DNA from: a virus
Lineage: Duplodnaviria > Caudoviricetes
Length of the DNA stretch: 64,000 nucleotides
IMG/VR virus record: IMGVR_UViG_3300028888_000002
Direction: 5' to 3' (one strand)
A program made the translations under genes and the position numbers. How positions within the stretch are numbered: the stretch's first letter is position 1; each line of letters begins with the position of its first letter. Below, piece after piece: positions 9,700 through 18,765 of this stretch. Under the pieces are notes generated by a model. It had not been told where the DNA came from. It worked only from the letters and a program-made list of their open reading frames with translations, and did not search any database.

Positions 9700-10139
9700 T
9701 GGAGCCTGCTATGAAGATTGAACAGCTCAAAGACCTAGTAAATAAGAAGCCTACGTTTATACGCTCCCGTAAGGTTACGGAACTGCCCGACGGGGTGACG
9801 CAGCGTGACACCTACCTGTTGGCTACTGCCGTCAAGGACGGTGTTCACAGCGACGGCTATCACGATTGGAACTACGTTGAAGTCCAATACGCTGTTATGG
9901 TGGAACTGACCTATTTCAAGGCAAAGGATTGGGACTCTGCCGAAACTGTCGGACGGAAAGTTGACTTCAATTCCACGACGGATATTGTCAACACGCTTGC
10001 GGGCGTTGTTGTGGAAGCACCCCCGAAGAAAGAAGTGCAGGCGATTACGGCATTGGTAAAGAAGCGTGTCCTTGATGCGAAAGCTAAAGCCGATACCTGG
10101 TGCAAGATTATGGGTGAATCCCCGTTGGGCTTGATTTAA
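9699..10139 (+). CDS. hypothetical protein
   Basis: Tiled ORF; true start may be 9711. Confidence 0.7.
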   Translation: MEPAMKIEQLKDLVNKKPTFIRSRKVTELPDGVTQRDTYLLATAVKDGVHSDGYHDWNYVEVQYAVMVELTYFKAKDWDSAETVGRKVDFNSTTDIVNTLAGVVVEAPPKKEVQAITALVKKRVLDAKAKADTWCKIMGESPLGLI

Positions 10140-10148
10140 GGGGGCGTT

Positions 10149-10730
10149 ATGGTTCGTAAAGAAGATTGGAACAAGAGCGGGGATATTCCCAAAGAATCCA
10201 GGCTGCTCGCAATTATCAAGAGCGACAAGAACCCCGAAGGGTTCTATGCAGCCGTAATCCGAACGGGCAAGGGTGTATGGTCGGAGCCTGCTTTCGCACG
10301 TATTGAGGGCACCCAGGATTTCGTCCAGGGGATTGATATTCTTTGGTGGCAGACGGTTGAAATGCCGTTTGGTATGGAAGACGACCGAATGTCCTGGGAC
10401 TACGTTGTTCGTTATGCTCCGAACATAAAGGACTACCCGCACGAACGCTACACTGTCGCACAGGACGACGACCACAATGCTGCTATCTACGGCTGTATGT
10501 GGCGTGTAACGTCCCCGCACGATAAAGACAGGACTGCGGATATTTACGTCTGCACGACGAATAATCCGAAGTATCGTGAAACGCTGTTTCTTTATGAACG
10601 GTTCCGCAAGATGCGTGTGTTCACGGATATTTGGCAGCGTGTGTTAGTTGACAGGGTAGGCTATGCCAAATGTAGCGGGGATTGTATGGACCTGTCCCTG
10701 GTGGATTTCCTGGGGGCAAAGGACGTATAA
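10149..10730 (+). CDS. hypothetical protein
   Basis: 193-aa tiled ORF. Confidence 0.75.
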   Translation: MVRKEDWNKSGDIPKESRLLAIIKSDKNPEGFYAAVIRTGKGVWSEPAFARIEGTQDFVQGIDILWWQTVEMPFGMEDDRMSWDYVVRYAPNIKDYPHERYTVAQDDDHNAAIYGCMWRVTSPHDKDRTADIYVCTTNNPKYRETLFLYERFRKMRVFTDIWQRVLVDRVGYAKCSGDCMDLSLVDFLGAKDV

Positions 10731-10851
10731 TCCGAAATCTTACGGATATTGTCCCCGATTTTGCAGAAATCCTGCAAAATCCGCACTTATAATCGGGAAA
10801 CAGCCTGGTTTAGCGGACGCAGGGTTTCTGTAAATTTTTTCAAAATACCTA

Positions 10852-10880
10852 TTGACAATACGTTGGTATTTAGTTATATT
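10852..10880 (+). promoter_or_regulatory. class 1 promoter
   Basis: TTGACA-17-TATATT, AAATACC/GGTATTT inverted repeat. Confidence 0.9.
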
Positions 10881-10925
10881 TAGGGTGTAAAGAAAAGACA
10901 ACCACCTTAAACGAGGATAGCCAAA

Positions 10926-11171
10926 ATGAGAAACTTTGAACGCAACGTGACCTGGGAAGCAGCCGTTAATTTCGTGACGACTTTTCTTGGATTTTCTATC
11001 TACGACTTGAATTGGGTCCACAGACCCGAACGCTCCGACACCCTCTACGACGGTTGGTCCGTTGTCGTTTGGGGCAAGCGTGGCAAGGGCACGTCCGTTG
11101 TTATCAAGGACACCACCGTTGACACGGGAACTATCACGCTCAATATCACTAACGGCTATCTTGTTCTTTAA
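10926..11171 (+). CDS. hypothetical protein
   Basis: CGAGGATAG RBS. Confidence 0.75.
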   Translation: MRNFERNVTWEAAVNFVTTFLGFSIYDLNWVHRPERSDTLYDGWSVVVWGKRGKGTSVVIKDTTVDTGTITLNITNGYLVL

Positions 11172-11183
11172 GGGGGACGCTCT

Positions 11184-11756
11184 ATGATTAAGTTTGTAAA
11201 GACTGACAGGGGCAATCGCACCATTCTTTTGGAAATTACCAACCTTACCACAGCACAACGTTTTGAAGTGGACAACGCTCTTTGCAAGGGCGACAGCGAT
11301 TCTTATGACTGCGGTCCGTTCACTATGGTTTGCTGTGGGGAATTTGTGAAATTTGACGATATGGTGGTGGCTGTGGAAGCCTTGCAGAAGAAGTTTGCTT
11401 GCGTGGATATTACCTATTCCGTAAAGGACAACGAAGGGGTTTCTACTACCACTACATTTTCGGAAGTTGAAGTTCCGCTTTGCGAAGAAGCACAGATATG
11501 TTTCTATCAACGCCCGACAGCAAGGTTTAACGCTGACATTTGGACGGACCCGATTTATGGCGGGACGCAGTTCACTATGGATTCCATTGACGACTATGGT
11601 TGGTCTGCATCCACAGACAAGTTGCTAGACCCCGAAGTTGTCAAGCAGGCTATGATTGATTACATTAACCAGGTCCCCGCAGACGGAGCATCCGAAGAAA
11701 ATTGGAAGGCTTTCTTTTGCGACAAAATGGGGCTTGAATTTGACACGCTTTGCTAA
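11184..11756 (+). CDS. hypothetical protein
   Basis: Tiled ORF. Confidence 0.75.
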   Translation: MIKFVKTDRGNRTILLEITNLTTAQRFEVDNALCKGDSDSYDCGPFTMVCCGEFVKFDDMVVAVEALQKKFACVDITYSVKDNEGVSTTTTFSEVEVPLCEEAQICFYQRPTARFNADIWTDPIYGGTQFTMDSIDDYGWSASTDKLLDPEVVKQAMIDYINQVPADGASEENWKAFFCDKMGLEFDTLC

Positions 11757-11771
11757 CGGGGATAACGTTCT

Positions 11772-12122
11772 ATGCGGACTATGGGTAAGTTTGAAGCAAA
11801 GTCAATCGCCTGCGAAAACGGTTGGGAAGAAACTTTGGGGTTGTCCCTGTGCAACCCCGCCTACAGTGTAAAGGTGCCCACGGGTGAACTTGTCGTGTAT
11901 TTGAATATCGGGTATGAGCTGTCCTTTGATAATTCCGTGGACGACGATGCAACCCTGGAATTGCAGCATTGGAAGCCTAGCACGGCACACCCGCCTGTAT
12001 CTTGCCGTAAATGCAATTTTAGATATATGACCGAAACCCGTTTCAAGGAATGGCTTGAAGCCAACGCCAGGGAACTTATTGAAGTTGGTCTTGAACATAG
12101 TAAAAATGGAACACTACCTTAA
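11772..12122 (+). CDS. hypothetical protein
   Basis: Tiled ORF. Confidence 0.7.
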   Translation: MRTMGKFEAKSIACENGWEETLGLSLCNPAYSVKVPTGELVVYLNIGYELSFDNSVDDDATLELQHWKPSTAHPPVSCRKCNFRYMTETRFKEWLEANARELIEVGLEHSKNGTLP

Positions 12123-12134
12123 AGGAAAACAGCT

Positions 12135-12398
12135 ATGAAACATATCTGTGTAGGAATGAAGTTTCCCCTGGTCGGTCTTGTCCTTAAAGACAAGACCTCG
12201 TTTGCAGGGGTCCCCGTTGGTTTTAGAAGCGACGAGGGACACTTCTATTTGGTTTACCCGTTTGCTGAAGTGAACCTGGACGACGTTGTTGAAATTGTCA
12301 CCTATGACCATCGTGGGGAACCGCACAAGGTCCCCGTGAACTGCGGGGTCGGGGCACAAATTATGCTGTGGCGTTTGAACCAGGAATTTACCGAATGA
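12135..12398 (+). CDS. hypothetical protein
   Basis: AAGGA RBS. Confidence 0.7.
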   Translation: MKHICVGMKFPLVGLVLKDKTSFAGVPVGFRSDEGHFYLVYPFAEVNLDDVVEIVTYDHRGEPHKVPVNCGVGAQIMLWRLNQEFTE

Positions 12399-12733
12399 CC
12401 GAACAGTGGGAAAATCAAAACGACTACGACGTTTACGATTCGTATAGCGAAGCCCTGGCAGAAATGTCTAGCGGTAATTACGACGGCTACCGCATTCCCC
12501 GTGTCCTGCTGCTGAAAGACGGCAGGCAGGTTATGGGTAGCCCCCTGTGGGACGCTCCAAATCCCTGGGACGAATCCGAAGTGGAATTGGAAGGCTTTGA
12601 TTTGGCGGGTGACAAGTTCGCTGCGATTGAAGACATTGACAAGTGGCGACTTCCTACACGGACAGAACGTGAACTTTGGGTCCAACACAAGGACCCGTTT
12701 GAAGGAACAAAACAATGCGACAATTCAAAGTAA
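12395..12733 (+). CDS. hypothetical acidic protein
   Basis: ATGA overlap. Confidence 0.7.
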   Translation: MTEQWENQNDYDVYDSYSEALAEMSSGNYDGYRIPRVLLLKDGRQVMGSPLWDAPNPWDESEVELEGFDLAGDKFAAIEDIDKWRLPTRTERELWVQHKDPFEGTKQCDNSK

Positions 12734-13143
12734 GAAGTGCCCTGGTTTCTATTAGTGAAGCCTTCCCGTCCGACCGTAACGGTGAAACCGTTAGGGGTCA
12801 CGACATTTTCATTCCTGGGACGTTTAGTTCCTTGAATGAACTTTGGTATGCTTTGGCACAGGCTATCGGTTCCCGATACGTCCAGGGTGCCAATGCGTTC
12901 GCAGTGAGCCATATCACGGACGACGGGTTCCTTTTGGAATATCAGCGTCTTGTGGACCACAACGAAAAGGAACCGTCCGAAGAACGTAGGGCGAAGTGGG
13001 ACAACGGGGAAGCATTCCTGTTCAACGCCCGCTACCTCATAGAAATTTCTTGCCTGGAAGTTACAAGCCTGGGGGCTGCTACCATTGGCAAGCTGTTGGG
13101 GAAGTCCGTTCCCGAAAGCGAGGGTGACAGTGCTGAAGATTAG
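12715..13143 (+). CDS. hypothetical protein, paralog of 27104-27565
   Basis: AKWDNGEAFLFNARY vs EAWKRGEKTLWNAHY. Confidence 0.75.
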   Translation: MRQFKVRSALVSISEAFPSDRNGETVRGHDIFIPGTFSSLNELWYALAQAIGSRYVQGANAFAVSHITDDGFLLEYQRLVDHNEKEPSEERRAKWDNGEAFLFNARYLIEISCLEVTSLGAATIGKLLGKSVPESEGDSAED

Positions 13144-13348
13144 AAAAGCCTACGTGTGGCTGCTCTCTATCCTGCTGCTCCCCGTGGCTGCGGTCTATAT
13201 TGTCCTGCGGTGTATGTCCAGGGGGTTGGCGTTGCTTACTGCGTTCGTGTTTGAAAGGCTAGGACCGAAGCCCCGCCAGGGCGAGAAGTTGGCTAATCCT
13301 ATCGTAAAGTTCCTGGAAGACGTTTACGAAAATGAACCCTGTCAGTGA
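13130..13348 (+). CDS. small membrane protein
   Basis: GTG start, hydrophobic core. Confidence 0.6.
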   Translation: MLKIRKAYVWLLSILLLPVAAVYIVLRCMSRGLALLTAFVFERLGPKPRQGEKLANPIVKFLEDVYENEPCQ

Positions 13349-13704
13349 GGTGCCCTGTGCCTGGATTACAGTTGAAGACTACTTACAAGACGCTCCGTTT
13401 CAAGCTGCCGTTAATCCTTAAAGCGGACCTTGCCGACGGCTCCCGTATCGTCGGCAAGCTCATTTATATCGGCAAGGACGAACGTGACGAATTTATGCAG
13501 ACAATCCACGAACAGTGGATGTGCGAAAACCCGACGAGGGGTCTAGTGACAGTTGCCGTGCTTTCGGACGTGTTGGGCGAAATCCGCTTTGACGCTACGT
13601 TCATTTCGGGATTGTCCGTGAATGGCGAAGTCGTGGACGGTATCAAGGCGGGCAACCCGCTTGCGGTCCTGTGTGCGATTGTTGACAGGTCGGAGCAGGT
13701 TTGA
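13345..13704 (+). CDS. hypothetical protein
   Basis: Tiled ORF. Confidence 0.65.
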   Translation: MRCPVPGLQLKTTYKTLRFKLPLILKADLADGSRIVGKLIYIGKDERDEFMQTIHEQWMCENPTRGLVTVAVLSDVLGEIRFDATFISGLSVNGEVVDGIKAGNPLAVLCAIVDRSEQV

Positions 13705-14063
13705 AGACGGGCTACTTCGCAAAGCTGCGGACCTACACGAATGCGGGGCTAGTTCCCGTGTCAATAGCCCGTGTTACGCCTAAATGGTATAACGGGCTAG
13801 TCTATCAAAGATTGTCGCCTACGCCCGCTATTCTGCACGAATACAGGGCGGGTCCGTTGCGGGGCGACACGGATAGGTTCACGGCAGTGTTCCGCAGGTG
13901 TGTCCTTTCGCACCTTGACAGGGACGCAGTGCTTCGGGAGTTGGAACGGTTGACGGGTGTAAGCTGTGACGATATAATCCTGCTCTGCTATGAGAAGCCC
14001 ACGGATTTTTGCCACAGGCATTTAGTTGCCGAATGGCTAGGCGACTGCGAGGAATGTGTATGA
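13701..14063 (+). CDS. DUF488-family protein
   Basis: TGYFAK...SIARVTPKW...LLCYEKPTDFCHRHLVAEWL signature. Confidence 0.85.
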   Translation: MKTGYFAKLRTYTNAGLVPVSIARVTPKWYNGLVYQRLSPTPAILHEYRAGPLRGDTDRFTAVFRRCVLSHLDRDAVLRELERLTGVSCDDIILLCYEKPTDFCHRHLVAEWLGDCEECV

Positions 14064-14248
14064 TTGATAGACAGAAACGGGGCAGGCTTATGGCTACCGC
14101 CCGACAAAATTTACAGAATGCGTTTGAAGCGGTCAAGGAAGTTTCCGATATGTATGGGGGCGAGAATGCGGACCTGGTTGACCTGTATATGCGAATAGGT
14201 TGTCTGCATAACGAAATCGCAAACTTCGGGATTATCAAATTGCCATAG
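14060..14248 (+). CDS. hypothetical protein
   Basis: ATGA overlap. Confidence 0.6.
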   Translation: MIDRQKRGRLMATARQNLQNAFEAVKEVSDMYGGENADLVDLYMRIGCLHNEIANFGIIKLP

Positions 14249-14254
14249 ACTCCA

Positions 14255-14282
14255 AAGCCCCTGCCGATTGGCGGGGGCTTTT
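14255..14282. terminator. intrinsic terminator between convergent genes
   Basis: AAGCCCCTGCC-GATT-GGCGGGGCTT-TT hairpin. Confidence 0.8.
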
Positions 14283-14303
14283 ACGATACAATGTCGTGGA
14301 TTG

Positions 14304-14702
14304 TTAGTCTTCGGAATTAAGGTCGGCTTCGGTAACGTAGCCCTGCTTGACGCACCATTCAATGAAGTCGTCCTTGCTGTCAATGGCTTCTTCCAGGTAT
14401 TCGTGCAGGTCGCTTTCCTGGAGGGAAATCATATTGCCGTAGCCGTTCATATAGAAGTATTCGTCGTTGGGGTTGAACGAATCCTGTTCAAAGCGGTAGC
14501 GACCACCATAGAACGCACGTTGGACGATATTAAGTGCGTCGTCGCCACAGGCAATCTTGATGCCCTCGTCGTCCAGGGTAAGCACCTGGTCGTCGGGCTG
14601 TTCTTCCTGGAGGTATTCCTGCCCGTATTCGTCAATAAGGGATTGATAAACGTCGTCGTTTTCTTCGGATGCGACGGCTGCGATAAGTTCCTTGTTTTCC
14701 AT
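14304..14702 (-). CDS. highly acidic protein (FNPNDEYFYMNGYGN motif), candidate DNA mimic
   Basis: Own promoter and AAAGGA RBS; only - strand gene in the left arm; very D/E rich. Confidence 0.8.
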   Translation of the reverse strand: MENKELIAAVASEENDDVYQSLIDEYGQEYLQEEQPDDQVLTLDDEGIKIACGDDALNIVQRAFYGGRYRFEQDSFNPNDEYFYMNGYGNMISLQESDLHEYLEEAIDSKDDFIEWCVKQGYVTEADLNSED

Positions 14703-14753
14703 AATGGTTCCTTTTGTTGTGGTCGTGCGACCTGGGTTAAACGTTCTACCGTA

Positions 14754-14782
14754 AATATACAATTATCTTCCCCAGGTGTCAA
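14754..14782 (-). promoter_or_regulatory. divergent class 1-type promoter
   Basis: TTGACA (14782-14777)-17-TATATT (14759-14754). Confidence 0.85.
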
Positions 14783-14838
14783 CACCTATTATTAAAATAA
14801 TTGCAGAAAATAAATCAAACAAATTTTTAATCTACCTA

Positions 14839-14867
14839 TTGACAGCAACCTGGTAATTTGTTATATT
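14839..14867 (+). promoter_or_regulatory. class 1 promoter
   Basis: TTGACA-17-TATATT, CCGAGGAT RBS. Confidence 0.9.
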
Positions 14868-14895
14868 TCGGTATAGACCACAAGCCGAGGATTTA

Positions 14896-15168
14896 ATGAC
14901 CTACACCGAAATGTTTGACTGCTTGAAAGCCAGGGGCTTCACCCTGGACTTTGACCCGACGGCAGACCCCGTAGGTTTCAGCAACGTCCGTGTCTATTGG
15001 AAGGATATTTCGTTCGGGACTATGTATTTCCATAACGCTATGTTATACACTGAAAAGGACCATACGTGGGTTTCTCAATTCAGTTATGGTTGGACCACGA
15101 ACCCGAACGACTTTAAGGAATTTATGGAAGCGTTTATCAAGAGCTGCGAGGAAAAGAATGAAGCGTGA
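14896..15168 (+). CDS. hypothetical protein
   Basis: First gene after promoter. Confidence 0.75.
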   Translation: MTYTEMFDCLKARGFTLDFDPTADPVGFSNVRVYWKDISFGTMYFHNAMLYTEKDHTWVSQFSYGWTTNPNDFKEFMEAFIKSCEEKNEA

Positions 15169-15595
15169 CGAACAGTTTATGTCTTACGAAGAACTTTACG
15201 AAGCCTACCAAACCTGCTACGACTGTATGCGTGTTTGGGAAAACAACTTCAACGACCTTAAAAAGAAGTTCACCCGCCTGGAACAGTTCAATGCAGAACT
15301 CAAGCAGAACATATCCAATGGCGACGTGAATTGCCTGGTCTATTTGGACAAGTGCCAGGAACTTGAAAACGAAATCGCAGACTTGCGTGAAGCCTTGTCC
15401 GCTTACCAACGAAACGAAAAGTTGGATATTCGGGATAACCGCAGGCTCCGCAAGAATCTGTTGCTTACCCTGGCTAGTTACGCCAACTACAAGGGAAATG
15501 CTATGTTGGGGTCTGTCGTGTCCGACACGTTGAAACGTGCTGCCCGCAAGCACAGACAGGCTGCATTGTTCCGCAGAATGGCGGGGGAGGTCTAG
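15158..15595 (+). CDS. hypothetical coiled-coil protein
   Basis: GAGGA RBS before ATG 15158. Confidence 0.75.
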   Translation: MKRDEQFMSYEELYEAYQTCYDCMRVWENNFNDLKKKFTRLEQFNAELKQNISNGDVNCLVYLDKCQELENEIADLREALSAYQRNEKLDIRDNRRLRKNLLLTLASYANYKGNAMLGSVVSDTLKRAARKHRQAALFRRMAGEV

Positions 15596-15598
15596 GCT

Positions 15599-15814
15599 AT
15601 GGCATTGAAAGGACTTGAACACCCCGAAGAAGTGTTTGGGCGACGTAGTGGTGTCACGTTCCGCTGTGGGGCGTGTGGCTGCGGGTTCTTCCAGGAAATG
15701 CGGTATATCCGTTTCTACGACAAGGGTAGCGGTGTTTACCGCTACGTTATTCAAACCGAATGCCCCAACTGCAAGGGCGTAGTCGCTGCCACGTCCGATG
15801 GGTGCCTGGGGTAG
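15599..15814 (+). CDS. small zinc-ribbon protein
   Basis: CGACGC...CPNC. Confidence 0.7.
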   Translation: MALKGLEHPEEVFGRRSGVTFRCGACGCGFFQEMRYIRFYDKGSGVYRYVIQTECPNCKGVVAATSDGCLG

Positions 15815-15817
15815 ATT

Positions 15818-16438
15818 ATGGCTGCTACGTTAGATAAAATATCGCCCGAAGTTATGGACGAACTGCGGTCCACCCACGAACAGATTAAGGCGTATAAAGC
15901 GAAGATAAACGAACTTACGGAACGTATGGACGAACTTGTTCCGAAGCACGACCTTGCCTACTGCCGTGAGTTGGGCTGCAAGCATACCTATCAGTGCAAG
16001 GACTTCTGTCACTGCCACAGTTGGTGCATACGCTCAAAGTGGGCACACGGGGCGTGGCGTGACTGCTACGAAAAGAACACGCCCGTGTTCAAGCCCCGTG
16101 TTGAATATCCGACCCTGGGTTGGAAGCAGGTGACTACTTGCGGTATGAAGTGGGACGGGGTATGGCACAGCTTTACGAAAGTAATCAAGGAAACCGAAAA
16201 GACGCTTGTCCTTGAAAGAAACGAACAGCTATTGAAAAGCACCATTTTCACCATTGAGGACGTGACCTATATTAAGAGCCGTAGCGGGACGACCTATATG
16301 TGTGCGGACGACCCCGATACCCTGGATATGCAGGTGATTCTGTTAAAGGTCGCTAACTCCGAACGTAACGAACGCACGAAGCATTTAATCACCCCCGAAA
16401 CCCCGTTGCCCACAGAAGTGGACGGAATAGAACTTTAA
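15818..16438 (+). CDS. hypothetical Cys-rich protein
   Basis: 206-aa tiled ORF. Confidence 0.75.
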   Translation: MAATLDKISPEVMDELRSTHEQIKAYKAKINELTERMDELVPKHDLAYCRELGCKHTYQCKDFCHCHSWCIRSKWAHGAWRDCYEKNTPVFKPRVEYPTLGWKQVTTCGMKWDGVWHSFTKVIKETEKTLVLERNEQLLKSTIFTIEDVTYIKSRSGTTYMCADDPDTLDMQVILLKVANSERNERTKHLITPETPLPTEVDGIEL

Positions 16439-16456
16439 CCATAAGGAACACGACCA

Positions 16457-16816
16457 ATGAAAACCTGTGAAGACTCTCTCTATGTGAAGTCAAAGACCCC
16501 ACGCCACAAGGACCGCTATTGGGTATTTGACCTGGCAACTATCAATACCCTGCACCACGGCTTTGAAACGGGCAAGGACGGCAAGCCTATCCCGTTCGTG
16601 GATTTGCCCGACGCACAGTCCAGGGCACGTTTCTACGATACGGAATGTGTCTTTGCTATCTATCGCAAGAACACGAACAAGTTCTACGTCTTGACGCACA
16701 GACAGGTGGTCCAGGCGATTATGGCTCCCGACGAAGTGTCCGATATGCTGAAAAGGATAACTAACACCGTGGACGGGGATAAGTGGTGTCCGTGTCCCGA
16801 CGGTTACGACGATTAA
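16457..16816 (+). CDS. hypothetical protein
   Basis: AAGGA RBS. Confidence 0.7.
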   Translation: MKTCEDSLYVKSKTPRHKDRYWVFDLATINTLHHGFETGKDGKPIPFVDLPDAQSRARFYDTECVFAIYRKNTNKFYVLTHRQVVQAIMAPDEVSDMLKRITNTVDGDKWCPCPDGYDD

Positions 16817-16834
16817 CCACAAAGGAACAGGACT

Positions 16835-17047
16835 ATGGCAATATGCGAATTTTGCGGGAAAGAAGTCCCCGAAGAAGATACCTACCTTTACGAAATGACC
16901 TGCCCGAACGGTGCGGTGTATTCCCACGACATTTGTCCCGACTGTGCGTCTGCGATTGTCGGGACTGTAAACAAGGTCCGCAGCGAACGCAGCCGTAAAG
17001 TGAGCCAGGAACACTTGTATGATGATATTCCTGGCGAGGTTCTTTAA
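16835..17047 (+). CDS. small zinc-finger protein
   Basis: CEFCG...CPDC. Confidence 0.7.
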   Translation: MAICEFCGKEVPEEDTYLYEMTCPNGAVYSHDICPDCASAIVGTVNKVRSERSRKVSQEHLYDDIPGEVL

Positions 17048-17062
17048 GCAAAGGAAAACCCT

Positions 17063-17341
17063 ATGAATACAGCAATCTGCATTACAGCAATTATCGTCGC
17101 AGGCATTGTGGCTATTGTCGCATTGTCGCAGTATCACCTTCGTAAGACCACCTGCAAGCACAAGTGGAAAATCATTGATTCGGACGTTAAGGAATTTTAT
17201 AGGGAACGTCCATCATTGAATTACAGCAGTCGCTACAACTTGAAAATCTACACGCTCCAATGTGACCACTGCGGGGAAGTCCGTATGGTTACGGACGAGG
17301 AACTTACGGAGCGTTTCCGCAATAAACTGTCTAACGGCTAG
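17063..17341 (+). CDS. membrane-anchored zinc-finger protein
   Basis: N-terminal TM, CKHKW...CDHCG. Confidence 0.7.
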   Translation: MNTAICITAIIVAGIVAIVALSQYHLRKTTCKHKWKIIDSDVKEFYRERPSLNYSSRYNLKIYTLQCDHCGEVRMVTDEELTERFRNKLSNG

Positions 17342-17344
17342 GAT

Positions 17345-17665
17345 ATGGATATGGCTACACAGATACCCGATATTGCTTTGGAAATTACTTTGTCGTGGTT
17401 GGCACGGTTCAACCGCCACGAATTTTTTACGAAGGAACTTTACAAGAAACTGCCTGCTTACAAGAAAAGCGGTATTAGGCGGGACAAGACCGAAATCCAG
17501 GTGGCGTTTATCTGCAAGGCGTTGCAGGACAGGGGCATTTACACGACACCCTGCGGTATAGCCTGGTGCCACGTATGGGACGACTCCGAAACCGTGACTG
17601 AATACCTGGAACGCTATCAGCCTATCTTTGACGGCTACGTGGCGTGGTGTGCGAAGCAGAGGTAG
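17345..17665 (+). CDS. hypothetical protein
   Basis: Tiled ORF. Confidence 0.65.
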   Translation: MDMATQIPDIALEITLSWLARFNRHEFFTKELYKKLPAYKKSGIRRDKTEIQVAFICKALQDRGIYTTPCGIAWCHVWDDSETVTEYLERYQPIFDGYVAWCAKQR

Positions 17666-17668
17666 CGT

Positions 17669-18250
17669 ATGTCCGAAGACGAACTTTACAGACCGCTCAA
17701 CAGCCAGGGAATGAATGTCTTTGACATTATGGAGTTCCACGGAATGACAGGTCCCGTGAAAATTGTCAAGGACGTGTTGGCTGCGAAGAATGCCGAAATC
17801 GCACGGTTGCAGGAACGCAACGGGCATATTGACGACGGCAGGGTGAAACTGTTGGAAGCCCACGCCAGGACCTTGCAGGACACCGTGAACAGCCTGCAAG
17901 CCGACCTGGAACAAGCCCGCATTTTTATCAAGGCTTTGGACGTTACGAAGTTGGTTGCGGAACGTGACAGCCTATCCAGGCAGAATGAAGAACTAATCGC
18001 AGAAGTTGAAGACTACAAAGAGAAGTATTGCAAGTGGCACAATTTTACGCAGGACATTTGCACAGTGTTCGGGGACTCAACCTACACCTACGTGGCTATG
18101 GAGGGTTGGTTGAAGAAAATGTGCGATGCCGACGTTTTGGACCGCTACCTGGCTTTGGCTGACGACGTATGCAAACGCCTGTTGAAAGTCAAGCCCCACG
18201 AATGGGAAGACCCTGTTTGCAAAAAGAGCAAGAGCCTGTGTAGCTTTTGA
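17669..18250 (+). CDS. hypothetical coiled-coil protein, paralog of 3113-3574
   Basis: GAGG RBS; shared N-terminus. Confidence 0.75.
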   Translation: MSEDELYRPLNSQGMNVFDIMEFHGMTGPVKIVKDVLAAKNAEIARLQERNGHIDDGRVKLLEAHARTLQDTVNSLQADLEQARIFIKALDVTKLVAERDSLSRQNEELIAEVEDYKEKYCKWHNFTQDICTVFGDSTYTYVAMEGWLKKMCDADVLDRYLALADDVCKRLLKVKPHEWEDPVCKKSKSLCSF

Positions 18251-18271
18251 CGAAAAATAAACTATATTTGT

Positions 18272-18402
18272 AGTTAAGTGTTTAAGCCTGCGGGTGACTT
18301 CGTTATGTAGGCACCCTTGTCCACCTGCCTAGCGGACATACCCCGTATAGCACACTACCTTACGCAACGCCCCTGCGGACTAACACACCGCAGGGGTATT
18401 TT
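18272..18402 (+). ncRNA. candidate small structured RNA
   Basis: ORF-free interval between an AAAATAAACTATATTT motif and the terminator CCCCTGCGG/CCGCAGGGG-TATTTT; two internal hairpins. Confidence 0.4.
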
Positions 18403-18422
18403 AATTATTTTACAATTTGCTA

Positions 18423-18451
18423 TTGACAGCTATCGGGTAATTTGTTATATT
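18423..18451 (+). promoter_or_regulatory. class 1 promoter
   Basis: TTGACA-17-TATATT, CCGAGGATAG RBS. Confidence 0.9.
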
Positions 18452-18485
18452 TGGGGTAGAAACCACTTAAACCGAGGATAGCTGA

Positions 18486-18680
18486 ATGAACCCACACGAA
18501 CACGCCTTTGAATTTTGCCTGTATATCCAACAGTGCGGACGTGCTGTCGCTGCCCGAAACTTCACCGTCAAGGGCGACGACATTGAAGACGCTGCCGACA
18601 ATGCCGTGGCAAAGGGTATGCGTATCTGTAAGCGTGAGAAATGGAACTACGGGGGCGTGGAATGTTGGGGTATGGTGTGA
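18486..18680 (+). CDS. hypothetical protein
   Basis: First gene after promoter. Confidence 0.7.
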   Translation: MNPHEHAFEFCLYIQQCGRAVAARNFTVKGDDIEDAADNAVAKGMRICKREKWNYGGVECWGMV

Positions 18681-18701
18681 CCGCCCCTATCCGCACTTAC
18701 G

Positions 18702-18718
18702 GAAAATAATCTATATTT
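18702..18718 (+). promoter_or_regulatory. class 2 motif GAAAATAATCTATATTT (candidate middle/late promoter)
   Basis: Near-identical copies at 18253, 26629, 28894 and (- strand) 62737-62750. Confidence 0.5.
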
Positions 18719-18765
18719 CCTGTTGAATAATTTAACCCACGTTGCCGTGGTATTAGGAGTTTAAT

